Assembly: GCA_035084275.1 (NCBI GenBank)
Contig: CM068755.1
Coordinates: forward strand, 8,556,001-8,620,000
Source of the DNA: Hydrolagus colliei
Taxonomy: Eukaryota
DNA length: 64,000 nucleotides
Reading direction: 5' to 3'
Of the stretch, positions 13,097-25,407 are shown one piece after another. Each line of letters starts with the position of its first letter. Within the stretch, counting starts at the first letter, position 1. Made by a program: the position numbers and the translations under genes. A model generated the notes under the pieces. It searched no databases and had not been told where the DNA came from. It saw only the letters and a list, made by a program, of their open reading frames with translations.

Positions 13097-14248
13097 CGTG
13101 TATCTAACTTTGTGAAAGTGTATAAAATATATGTAGGACGTGGGGGTGACTCTACATATACAGGGTTGGTGCAATGCTCACTGTAATGTAAACACGCCAT
13201 GGTGAACAGATATACATTGTTCCCAAACACGCAATAGTGGCCTTTTATGAAATTGACTTAAAAAGAAATCAACTTGATGACCAGCGAGGTGGATTGGTCT
13301 GATGGAGAGCAATGCTAATAAATCCTCTTTACACGGGGCGGCACGTTTAAGGGAGACCTAAATGACTCTGTTCTCTTCCTCTCTGTGTGTGGCCAGTCTA
13401 AACACACTGTTTATTTCTAATAAAAACAGTCTATTCCCCCACTATATGCACTGAGAGCTTTGGAGACAGCTGATTTTTATGGATTTCTCTGGAGCACAGA
13501 TTTCCCCCCCATTAAAAAAAACAGCACCACATTTTAACAAAAAAACTTGCAATTCTGGTGTCTTTGACTCTGCTGGCAGTTTCCTGTTCCTGACAATTAA
13601 CCAGTTCCCCCCAAAGTAGCACCAATCAAGCCTTGCAGTGAATGTCTATTAATATCGTCCATATTATTTACTTATTATTTTGTTTAATGTTTTGCGCTCC
13701 CCCCAAATAACGTATTTGAAAATGTCAAGCAATCTCATCGGTGAAGATAGCAGATTTGTCCGCTCAATATCCCAGGTCGGGTTTGTGATTGGTTTTGATT
13801 ATCGTTTGGTTCACATTCAATCAAATCAGAAAATGCGGTGGTAAGATTTCAGCCATTGGTCATCTAACCCGAGAGTCTTGTTGTCACACAATATCTGCCA
13901 CTTCACATGGCTACACATCACAACCAGGCAGGAATTTCGGCACAATTTTCACATTCCTCCTGTTTTGCTCCCCCCTCCCTTCCCCCCACCCTTCCCTTAT
14001 TCACTCTCGACATTACAAAGCATTCTTGTTGTGACTTTATACTTCGGTTAGAGAAATCTCACAGTAAATTGATTCCAACGCGTTTAATTAAGCAGGGGGA
14101 ACTTTCACATTTACCTCTTCTTTTTGTTGGCGGTGGGCGGGGGTGAGGGGGTGGGCGGGGAGTGCATTGATTGACACTAACCTATGATTCATTTGGAATT
14201 CCCCCGGTTTTATAGTCCTGGTCGTTTTAAGTATTTTTTAAAAATACA

Positions 14249-14292
<44 letters not shown>

Positions 14293-14311
14293 CAACTATC
14301 CATCTATCTAT
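14249..14311. repeat. (TCTA)n microsatellite
   Basis: Read directly from the sequence. Confidence 0.95.
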
Positions 14312-14883
14312 ATATATAATCCCACTGTCTCTTCCTTGAACTAACCCCTCCCTACACTATTTAATACAATTTGAAACGCAAAACACATAAAACCAGTCAC
14401 AAGAAAACACAACACCAGAGACAGAACACCAGTGACCAGCCGCACAGTTTACAGCAGGATTTAAAACCTATGCATTTCCTTCGTTTGAAATCGTGCATTT
14501 CATTCAGGAAGGTTTTCCTGTATTAAACACCACCAAAGCCGCATGATTTAAACGCTGCCCATTTTATACTAGAGCATGCAAATCAATTAACCCCTCAAAG
14601 AAACTACATCCATACGTTAAGTATTATTTCACAATCACATCAAAGCGGGGGGGGGGGGGCGGGCGGGATTCATTATATATATATATATATTAAAAAGGGT
14701 TGGGTTTACATTTCTCATACGAAATGGGAGTTGGGAGTTTAATGTCTGAAATTCTGTAAAATATCCCGACAAAGGAAGATGAACAGCAAGAATCAGACTG
14801 TTTGCGTTACATTCTTGGCTTCTTGTTTGGTCAACCGAATTCGGACAAGAAAGAGGCTTTTGTTTTTCTCTCTCTGAACTCAC

Positions 14884-15164
14884 GGTTTTGTCACTGTGCT
14901 GTTGCTGTTGGATCTGTTTCATGAGAATAGTCCTCTTTTTGTCCTTGCAGCGTTTGTTTTGAAACCAAACCCGAATGACCCTGGGACTCAGACCCGTCAT
15001 TTCCACCAGTTGCTCCTTCATTAGGGCGTCAGGTCTGGGGTTAGCCCCATAGCAGGTCCTCAGCGTGTGCAGTTGTTTCTCGTTCAACACCGTCCTGATC
15101 CTGGTGGTTTTCTCTTGCTGTTTGTGAGGCCTGAGGGGAGGTTGCCTGGCGGAGATCGGCTCTG
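14884..15164 (-). CDS. ISL2: ISL2 exon 4, homeodomain
   Basis: [94 protein letters not shown]. Acceptor ttgCAG, donor GTGAGT. Confidence 0.97.
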
Positions 15165-16665
15165 CTGCAACCGAAGAAACACACACTAGAAACCCTCGTA
15201 ACTAGAATCAAAAAACGAAGCCAACCCGATTAAGATTTTCCTCTCTCTCCCCCCCCCCCCCCCCCCCCCCCCCCACCACCCTTCCCTCTCGGGGTAACAA
15301 ACGCGAAAAGCCCTTTCATTTACACGATAATGTTAAGTATTTATATTTGCAAAATGGCAATGATCTCAGGCTACATATAAACAGTAATAAGCAACTGCTT
15401 TCAGGATCCGGGTGAAATAGTCAGCAATTTATGATTGTAATTGTAAATCCAGTGTCCTGTCCCCCCTCCCCCCTCCCCCCATCCCTGTCTCTATTGTATT
15501 TATTTTGTAAAAGAAAATGTCACGCTCCACATACATTAGACCAACTATTTTATGCCTTACTGATGTTTGCATATTGGTCTTGTTGAGACCCCAAAGCCGG
15601 CTTTAAGCCAAATTAACGCGTTAAAATGAATGTGAATATATCATGCGGGAACTTGCTCACACATCAGTGTAACTCCGGATTGACATCTATACACTAGATA
15701 GATGTGCATGCAAATAATCATCCAGTTATCTTGCAATCCAATTTAAATCAACCCCGATTATTTACTAACCCGCGTTCTTAAATGGTGAATAATAGCGCCA
15801 ACGCAGAAATCAATTCTTTCTTCTTTTAGCACGTGTATCTACGCGACACCGGGCGCTGAACACTAATTCCAATTTGAGAGTAAATTTGTGCAGAATTCAA
15901 CAGCGTCTTATATTTGTCGAAGCAAAAATCAACAGGGATAACATACGAGTATTGTTGTATCTCCACGATCCCCTCATTGTTACAGTAACTTTGTATTTAT
16001 ACGTTAAAATAAAACGTCTTGGGAAATTTAAAACAGGGACCCCCCCTCCCGAAAAAAAATCACGACTGTTTCATCTGCTTTTACAGACGTCTAGAATGAC
16101 TGTACCCGTCTGCCTCAAATTGCATTCCATCTAAAATGAGGCCATTTAGAGAATCAGAACCGGGGCAAAGTAACACCAGTGAAGATGAATATTCATCTTA
16201 ATGGTGCTGTGTGGAATGATATTGGGGGAGGTTATGATTTGCCGCAGATTTTGTTTTGTGCAATATTCCCTATTAGTTAATAATTGGGAGGAAAAAAATG
16301 TGTATTAAATTCAGTCAGTGAAGGTCATGCAGTAATGGCAGTAATNNNNNNNNNNNNNNNNNNNNNNNNNNNNNNNNNNNNNNNNNNNNNNNNNNNNNNN
16401 NNNNNNNNNNNNNNNNNNNNNNNNNNNNNNNNNNNNNNNNNNNNNNNNNNNNNNNNNNNNNNNNNNNNNNNNNNNNNNNNNNNNNNNNNNNNNNNNNNNN
16501 NNNNNNNNNNNNNNNNNNNNNNNNNNNNNNNNNNNNNNNNNNNNNNNNNNNNNNNNNNNNNNNNNNNNNNNNNNNNNNNNNNNNNNNNNNNNNNNNNNNN
16601 NNNNNNNNNNNNNNNNNNNNNNNNNNNNNNNNNNNNNNNNNNNNNNNNNNNNNNNNNNNNNNNNN

Positions 16666-16910
16666 GCCATCTGCAGTGTCCTGCCAGGCGGGACCGGGCT
16701 CAGTGACTCTCCTGCCGCCGAGGCTCTCTCTACCACATCATGATCGGCCCGGCAAAACAGCTCATTGTCCCTGAGAGCGAACTCATCTCCCGGGATGAGC
16801 TGGCGACTACACGCCACACAGCGGAAACATTCAATGTGATAGACACTGCTTCGGGCCCTCATCACGAAATCACTCTTACTGAAAGAGAGATTACATTTTG
16901 CACATTTGGT
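16666..16910 (-). CDS. ISL2: ISL2 exon 3 (partial, both ends in N-gaps), LIM domain 2 and linker
   Basis: [81 protein letters not shown]. Splice sites are hidden by the gaps. Confidence 0.95.
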
Positions 16911-17465
16911 NNNNNNNNNNNNNNNNNNNNNNNNNNNNNNNNNNNNNNNNNNNNNNNNNNNNNNNNNNNNNNNNNNNNNNNNNNNNNNNNNNNNNNNNNN
17001 NNNNNNNNNNNNNNNNNNNNNNNNNNNNNNNNNNNNNNNNNNNNNNNNNNNNNNNNNNTCTGTTCACTTTTTACTGAAACACACAATGCTTCTTTCCAGA
17101 CTTCTTTCTACCATAAACCTGATACGCAAAAAATGCTTTGAATAATTACAAAGAAAAACAACTATCATCGAAATAAAATGTCATTATAAAAGAAAAAAAA
17201 CAAAGTCTGATCTATTTTCTAAATGTAAACAAAGGAGCAACGTGTTTAATTTGTTGGTAAAATAAGACCCAGGGAGGGTTTGAAAGTCTAACAAAACACA
17301 CGAAACCGCTTCGCCGTTGCTTCAATTTTTTTTGTGGTATTTAATTTTTTTCTCTCAAACTATAGCAATTTGCACCAATAGGCTGGCAACCAACTCCTGA
17401 CTCCACTGAAGGTTTCCTTTAACGTGACATAACTGTACATGCAAAAGTTTTGTTTGTTTCCTCAC

Positions 17466-17655
17466 CGAATGTAATCCCTTTTGCAGTAAGTCTTGCCGTC
17501 TCTTACAAAGCAAGTGCAAGTTTCATCGAGGTACTGATTACACTCGGCGCACCTGAGACAGGCTGCATGCCACTCGAGATCCGGGGAGACTCGCAGGATG
17601 TACTGGTCGTGGATCTGGCTTCCACACCCTACACACATGGCAATCCCGTGCTTCT
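17466..17655 (-). CDS. ISL2: ISL2 exon 2, LIM domain 1
   Basis: [64 protein letters not shown]. 190 nt, acceptor tcctgtcAG, donor GTGAG, phase consistent with exon 1. Confidence 0.97.
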
Positions 17656-18076
17656 CTGACAGGACAAAACAGTCACTGAAAATCACCTTGCAAAAACATA
17701 TCTGTACTTTGCAGTATTTCCTTTATGCTCTCAATTAGTTGCACCATAAAGACTCGCAATCCCAACAGCGAGGTTTCGGAATCAATCGTGAAACAGTCGC
17801 TTGTTTCTAAAGGCTAAGTAAGGTAAGAGTCGTTTTTTTTTATATATCTTTATATATATATATATATATAACATACATAGTTTTGCCATAAGCAATTGCA
17901 ATCACCCCCCACGCATTTGTTGACTTTTGTTTTGTTTTATGTTTACGCATCGCAATCGCCAGCTTACAATAAGAATTAAAAAGTTACCACATCACGAGCA
18001 GAATCCGTCAATGCATTGTAACAAAAACAATAAATTAAATTCAGTTTAAAAAATATAAAAAGGCGGAATAACTTAC

Positions 18077-18134
18077 TTTTGGAATGATCCCCCATAGCAC
18101 TAAGGAAAGGTGAGTTAAATATAATATCCACCAT
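18077..18134 (-). CDS. ISL2: ISL2 coding exon 1 (MVDIIFNSPFLSAMGDHSK)
   Basis: Matches the ISL2-type N-terminus (MVDIIF..PFL.AMGDHSK). 58 nt, followed by donor GTAAGT at 18076. Confidence 0.95.
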
Positions 18135-18299
18135 ACAGAAGGACAAAAGACCGAGATTCCCAATAAACATGTGTTAAAAAACTGCGGTGAAAGATCAGCT
18201 GCGAGCTGCCGGGATGTCTGATAACAAATATTTGGGGTTAACTCATGTCCCACACATTGTGGTTCCCCCTCCTCCTCCTCCCTCCCTCCCTCCCCCTCC

Positions 18300-18720
18300 T
18301 CCTCTCACACCCCCTCCACTCACACTCACTCACTCACCCCCCCCCACCCCCTCCCACCCCCGCACCTGCGCAAAGCGTCGCGACGCTCTCAGAGCCTCCG
18401 CAGGACGTTGTGGCATCACAGCGAGGGGCCGAGCCTCACCAGGCAGCAGCCATTGGTCTAATGCAGAGAGAACAAGCGGAGGCCAAGCCAACACTAGTCC
18501 CAGCCCGGGTCAGTGATTGACAGTGTGTACAGTGTGCTGGGCGGGGGGGGGGGGGGGGGGGGGGGGCAACCCTGCACTGCGCTCCTTTACTGCTGCACAC
18601 ACTCTACTGATACAGGGGGAACCTTTGCTAAAACACAGTGGTGAGCTAGCTCTGTGTGAGGGAGATCAGGCAGCAAGCCATTTCAAACTCGGTCGTGTTA
18701 AAACCTGCAAATGATATTTA
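18300..18720 (-). promoter_or_regulatory. ISL2 proximal promoter / CpG-rich region
   Basis: GC/CpG-rich DNA directly upstream of exon 1. Minus-strand CCAAT at 18452-18456 and a TGATTGACAG (PBX-MEIS/PREP) decamer at 18514-18523. Confidence 0.65.
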
Positions 18721-18962
18721 TTTTGGGGAAAAAGATTGCATGGTAATCACTCCTGTTTAATTTGCAAAGAAAAGGCCAAGTTATTCATAACAGTGGAGCT
18801 CTGTGTGCCAGGGAGCTGTGGCGCAATGTAAACCGTCGCCGGTTGCAATCAACTGAATACTATCAGTACAGGTTAAATTATTGTTTTACTGATTACTGGG
18901 AATAAAATGCGAGTCCGCCTTAAACCACTCATACACCCACCGAAAATCATTTTGTTTAGTAT

Positions 18963-19030
18963 CAGCGCCTTGGGACGTCCTCCCGACGTGAACGGCGCTC
19001 TATAAATGTCATTTTGTTGTTGTTGTTATT
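18963..19030 (+). mobile_element. L2-type LINE 3' tail, (GTT)n subfamily
   Basis: CAGCGCCTTGGGACGTCCTCCCGACGTGAACGGCGCTCTATAAATG..(GTT)n. Other copies at about 28180-28248, 28360-28405, 58880-58948 and 60703-60762 (minus) and 31410-31479 (plus). Confidence 0.85.
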
Positions 19031-21497
19031 GATGATGAAATGTGTTATGGCTATTGGAAGTGCTTGGTTTGATTTACTGTGAATCTTCAGAATCGGGCCA
19101 TTCACATATACATCCCTAAAACAGGACCGATGATTAAACAAAAGTACTGTTGATTTATTACTTACCGTCTTTCAATATATATCTACAGAATTTCTACCTG
19201 GATCAGTGATAACCAAATGGATACCTATAGTGTCAACGAAATATAGTGTGAATTTAAAGCATTCGGAAAGAATATGAGATAGGCGCTTTAAAATATATAT
19301 TCAGCTGCAGGCAAAGTTCAATATTCGCCAGAGAGAAATATTTACTCTTGTTAATTTCATTCCAAGTGTTTTTTTCTTGGTTAAAAAAAAGGATTCGCGT
19401 TCTTGTAGTCTTGTTGAGAGGAGAGGGGCACAGATTTGTTTCGTTTGGGAGATTTGTTAAAATTAATTGTAAGTCTCGGTTCTGATTTTAAAATGTCAAG
19501 TGCAGACAAATCACCATTAATAAACTAGAGGCGCTTGGAATTCTTAAAGCAATTTACATCAGCCTTTCTGTGAGTAAGAGAGGAGTCAGGGGACGTGGGC
19601 TGGAGTGGGGTCGACTAATTTGACCCAAAAATTTCCTTGGCAAAAATTTCTGCAATTGGCAATTCTGTGAAACCAGGTTCCTTTTTATTTTATATAAACA
19701 GGCGATTTCAGCGTTTGTCTGTTTGCATTTTTGTCATTGTGTCATTGTTGCGGTTTAGGAAATGGCACGAATACCTTTATTATGGAGGGTTTTTTATGGA
19801 CCACCGTAATGCGATATCTTACAAATACAACGTTCATATTAACGCAGGGTTTGCGTTGTATTTAATGGGTTTTAAGAACTTGAATCGCCGAAACAGTGGC
19901 TCTTGGACAAATCTGCGTTTCCATTGTTTTTTAAAAAAATGCCATTTCCTTTTTTATTCACAAAACAAACGATTTACCGAACTGTATGTTTTATGGTGTT
20001 TCAAAGTCATTTGGGTAGAAATATACGAATGCAAAGGAGCTTCAATCTAGACGGCTATTACAGATAAATACGTCCATCTTCAAGTTGTTCTCTTATTGTA
20101 TTGTCACGGCAGTGGTGTCAGGACTGTTTTCGATTGTTTTTTGTTGTTTTTATTCTAAGTTAAAAAGAGCGTCGCCTCTTTCCTGTTACTGTCCAAATCC
20201 ACCGCCGGAGAAATACACAAAACATGATCAATCAGTTCCTAATTAGGACCTGAAATGCTATTAAAATCTGTTCGTCCTGGGTTTCTTATAAAATATTTAC
20301 CAGTTCCAGATACGCAAAAAGCTTTGTGCGGTGAGCTGAAAGGAAAATACTTGTAGTTTGATTTATTTGCCAAAAAAACTAGACTTAATAGGTTTTAAAT
20401 GTTTAATGTTCGTAATAGTTATGCAACAGTTTCAGCGCATGGGCTGGTTTAAAACAGCTCCTCTGGAATCAAAGAGAGGCACACTTTTATTGTTCTTTGA
20501 AGGTATTTTGACCACAAAAAATGATCGAAACAATCTCTTCATTGTACTTAAATAAGTGTTAAATGAATGCTAGTCTTATTGTTTTGCTAGGAATTACCGT
20601 AACTTACATTGTGTCCTAATTTGAACGCAGTAAGTTTTTTTAATCGTGTACTATTGTACTTACCTTCTGAAGGGATCTGGACAGATTGATATCTGAGGTC
20701 GGCGCTGTGGCCAGTCGAGATAGAGCTCCGCCTGGCGGACACATATAATCGGCGATTCAATCTCTCCAGTAAATGTTATTTCGTTAGTGTGCAATCCAGA
20801 GTTAGATAGAGTTCCCCCCCCTGTATGATTTCTGACTGGCATCTATGCATTTCTGTGGTTTATAAATAACGCAAACATTGGCTTTGCTCATCACAATTTA
20901 AAATCTGTAAGTCTAAATCGAATTTATTTCAAGAGTTTCGAAAAATGAAGCGTTGACAGACGCCAACACCAGGAATGGTGGGAAATCACTTGGTTAAAAT
21001 CCGCAGGAATTTCCCAAGGCAGAACCGAATAAATCTGTCTTCGTAGATCATAATCGCACCAGAAGTTCAGACGCCGAGTCGATAAAAAAAATGGAGCAAA
21101 GTTGTTTTACTGGACAATTGCTTTGTTTGAACTTGGAGGATTCAGAAACTGCACTCAAAAGATTACCACCACGACCCAAACCACCCGAAGAGCTCCTTTT
21201 GCGGGGAAGTGCAGACACAGGCCTTCAGTTTACTTGCGAGTGCTATCTGATTCTGGATAAAGAAACTAGGAGAGAAAAGGAATACAGCTCTAGGCTTGAA
21301 GCCTTCGAGTAACAATGACCTGAATAAAAAAAAATTCTCTCCAAGTAAAGGTTTGAGCCGCATTTAATACCCATTAGCGAAGAGTCCCTGATTCAACAGG
21401 AAAGTTAGATATTAAAGCCGCCTCCGTATTTTGGGGGTAATTTTCACACTATTTTCCGAATGGCGAAAAATATATCTCAGAATCCTGTTAGACAGAA

Positions 21498-21502
<5 letters not shown>

Positions 21503-21532
<30 letters not shown>
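21503..21532. repeat. (GT)n microsatellite
   Basis: Read directly from the sequence. Confidence 0.95.
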
Positions 21533-21535
<3 letters not shown>

Positions 21536-23166
21536 GAGGGGTAAATTCGCGTCTAATAATAGATATTATGCATTATCGAAAATTGGGAAGGGTTAAGGAT
21601 AATTAATCATTTAAATAGAGTTGGTGCAACACTACAGTAACAGTAATTGTGCCACTAAAGTGCCAGTGTTACCCAAGGCTCTGGTCTGAAAAGATTAGAC
21701 TTTGTGTATAAACCGTCAAGAATGATAAACAACATCAGCTATCTGTCACAGAAATGCCACAAACAATAGGCCGATCTGACAAGTGCGAAAACGCATCAGG
21801 CGATCTCACTGCAATATTCTTAGAAATTAGGATCAGGTTTCAGAGCAGCCAGCAAAAGCAGTAATTATTGAATGCAATCGTGTTGAAGTCCTGGTATGTG
21901 AGTGTGTGAAGGGAGTGCCTATAGAATGTATCTATCTTTGATATACCAGTGTCATCTGCCAATGTGTCAGTTTGTGGTTCCATAAGGATTGCACGGGTGG
22001 CTGTTTTTGTTTGTTATGAACATTTCAGCAAAGTGATTCCACTCGATTAAAATACAGCACCAGGAACATCCATTTAACTGGTAGCAAAATGATACAATAT
22101 GCTAACCAGGGAGCTGCAGTGATTCAGAATCTTGCATTAGCCTTGTTTTGTTTGTCTTGGATTGTTTCTGAACTATATCTCATTGTGTATATTTTGTTTG
22201 ACGGTTAAAGGTAACATCCAGCCACATCACAGCGTTTGTAAATTGATCCCTGGTGTGTTGGTTTAGACACTGTGTTGTGGCGTTCACGTTTGCGGTTTCC
22301 ATCAAACTTGGTTTTGAAAAGATAGAAAAAAATGAAGTATCATAAGTTGTAGATCGCATCAAGCAAATGAATCCAGGAAAGGTGATTAGAGTAGAGATCC
22401 TAAGCTCTTGTGCATGAACTCTCTCTCTGTGACTTATCTGCCACTCAGCTGGTGGGTGGTGGGTATAGCATATTTCAGTCTCAAATCCGCAGGGAAACTT
22501 AACAGAGAGCTCCACACCAATGCCTGCAATTCAACTAATACACATTGGTTTCACATCCAAAGACAAGAGCTACCTTCTAGTGGATTGATGCAAATTTCGT
22601 CAAATTAGGCGAAACGCGAAGAGAATAGAAGAGTTTATAGGTGTCACCAGGGAGGTATTCATATAGTGTGAATGTAAGTTGTCCAGGGGGTACTGTTAAC
22701 ACATTCACAATATCATTCTTTTACTTGTGCATTAGTTCAATTAAAATCCAGTGTTGCCCGTGAGCACAGTTATGTTTAATTCAGTCAATAAAATGCAAGA
22801 TTGTTTTTCGTGCATATTTTGCTGTATTATTAAGAGGGCGATTTACAGGGCGATAGTACCGAGAGAAGAGGATTTCATAAAGCTACTGCTGTATAGAACC
22901 ACCTGTTTGTAGTTCAAGTTTCCGTGTTTTCACTTAACCTGTGACTAATTGGGGGAATTTCAGATCTCACATCCCAGATTTAATTTTGAATAGTTTAATA
23001 GAATATGAATGTAAAAGGTACTCTAACAAAAGTTAGAAAAGAGGAAACATACTCACAACACATGGGAACACTGGCACACGTTAACCCACGCCACACACAC
23101 AGCATACACTCACCTGAGCACACACCACATTACACACCACACTGTACCCTTAACAATAAGGCGCTA

Positions 23167-23452
23167 TATAATAATAACAATCCTTGCATTTGATATAGCG
23201 CTTTTCACGTCTCAAAGCGCTTCACCGAATATACTGTAAAGTGAATTGAATGTAAACTTGTGGGCGAAACGCAGCAGGCAATTGAGCACAGCAGTGTCCC
23301 ACAAACAGTCGTGGATTGAAATGACTAATTTTATTATTGTGTGTTTTTTAGGGATTATTATTAGGCGTGTGGAGTAAGAAATGCGACGATAATAACAACA
23401 ACCTGCACTTATATAGCGCCCCCCACGTAGGTGTGGCGTCTCAGAGCGCTAT
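23167..23452 (-). mobile_element. 5'-truncated SINE followed by an L2-type tail
   Basis: SINE tail and Deu core at 23167-23380, then a second tail at about 23390-23452. Confidence 0.85.
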
Positions 23453-24719
23453 CATGCAGGTGTTATCTTGCCCTACAATGTATCTCCTCCCCACACAATA
23501 TCCCTGCATAACACATCCAGAAACGAACGCACAAGCGTACATTAACAATGTACATTAACAATCACACATATCAACTCAGACACAATAGCCTCTGTGCAAC
23601 AACATAAAATATATAGGGATACAGGGAACATATACAGATTGTTTGACTGAGCCGAGATCCAGACTGAGGAGCAGTGTCAAGTCTCTGGCTACATGTATAT
23701 ATTCAGATCAGTGAACAGATATACATTTCAAGTAAATGACATCTGTCATTTTTAAGCCTCTTCCGTTCTGCGCTAGACGCCACTTTTTGACGTGTGTGGT
23801 AAAGCATTCCGGGATAAAACGTCGTTTTAAAGTACATTGTTGGCTTTCAGATTCAAAGCAGGCGCCGTGTCTGGTTGTTTTTCGATGGCACAGATATGTA
23901 GCTTTAAAACTGCCAAGTGCAAATGCAGGCTATTTCGCCATAGCGTGCAGTGAGTCCACTGAACTGAACACAAATCATGCTTAAGAGATGTGTGGTGCAC
24001 ATTTATACCGCGTCCCACTTCTCTGTTAACCCCACCTCGATGCTACATATCAAATATATAATGTGTGGCACAACAAATATATACTATCTTATATATCAAA
24101 TATATCATAGGTTACATATCAAATAGAATACGCCCATTCAGTCTGTCAATAACCGAAATATTATTTCTCGTTCCTCAACGAGAAAGGGGAAACACCATCG
24201 ACGCTGAACCTATTAAATTACTGATAAACAAAGAGATAAATGCGTGCAAGTGCTCTGAAATGCTGATTAACTAACGGGAAGATGTCAAATGATTTATAAC
24301 GAGGCAGAATACTAACACGACGCCGCAGCGCCGAGGTTTCTAGTTGGCAATCACATTATTCTAGTTATGGGGCTTGTCACTTGGTGTATTTCCTGGGACC
24401 TTTGCACAGGTCGCCTTCCATCTCTGCAGATAGTGACATCTGTTGCACTTCGCCCCCCCCCCCCCCCCCCCCCCCCCACCCCCAAAGGCAGAGTTTCTTT
24501 CTCACTGTGGTGCCCGGTGAGTGAGTCTGAACGATATGATTTATGTCACGGCCTCAGCCTCTCCACAAGCAACACCGCTATTGCAAATAACCAACAGACC
24601 TACATGGGGGCTGAGCTACACTTCCAGCCAATAAATAGTCAGCATTTTCAACCAACTCAACAGGGCAGAGATCTGCACGATGACACTCGGTTTGAGTTCA
24701 CGGGTTGCTGTATGAAATA

Positions 24720-24925
24720 ATAATAGTAATATTAATGATAATCCTTGCATTTGATATAGCGCCTTGCACGTCTTCTAGACGTCTCGAAGCGCTTCACAGA
24801 ATAGACTGTAAAGTGAATTGACTGTACATTTTTGGGGCGAAACGTGGCAGCCAATTGCGCACAGCAGTGTCCCAACAAATGTTAGTGGATTCAAATAATC
24901 ACATTTTGTTTAGGGATCATTATTT
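24720..24925 (-). mobile_element. 5'-truncated SINE
   Basis: Tail plus GGCAGCCAATTGCGCACAGCAGTGTCCC core. Confidence 0.88.
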
Positions 24926-25407
24926 ATAATAATCTTATTGTTATATGAAACGCTCTGGGACGCTATTATGCGTGAGGGGTGCGAGTTACACCAACAACTT
25001 GCATTTAAAGCGCATCTCTCCCTGTATACTAGCATTGTTGTTGTTGTTGTTGTGGTTATTGTTATATAATGGAACCCTCAGTTTAAAATAACTATTACCC
25101 TGGGTTTATTTCAAGTCTCTTATCCTACACAATTGTTGTACTACTGCGTGTCCGACTCTCTCTCTTTTTTACAGTATATGTATATTTGTACCTAATCATG
25201 AAATCCGCACATCCCGGAGCAGCTGATGCTTATTCTCCAGTGTTGTTCTCTGTGTTACAATCCACTCTAACATCCACCCTTCCCTATTCAACCCCAAGAC
25301 AGGCTGAAACTTATCAACAAAGGACATTGACAATAAATAGAAATGGAATGATTGCAACGAACCCAAAACACAGGGCAAGGCTGCCTTAATGGGCGGCTTG
25401 TCTGCTC

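Noticed and set aside
13445-13470. Minus-strand SKALSAY resembling the WKALSEF motif of Isl exon 5
   Set aside because: Only four residues match. There is no flanking QPPW or FALQSD and no splice context, so it is chance.
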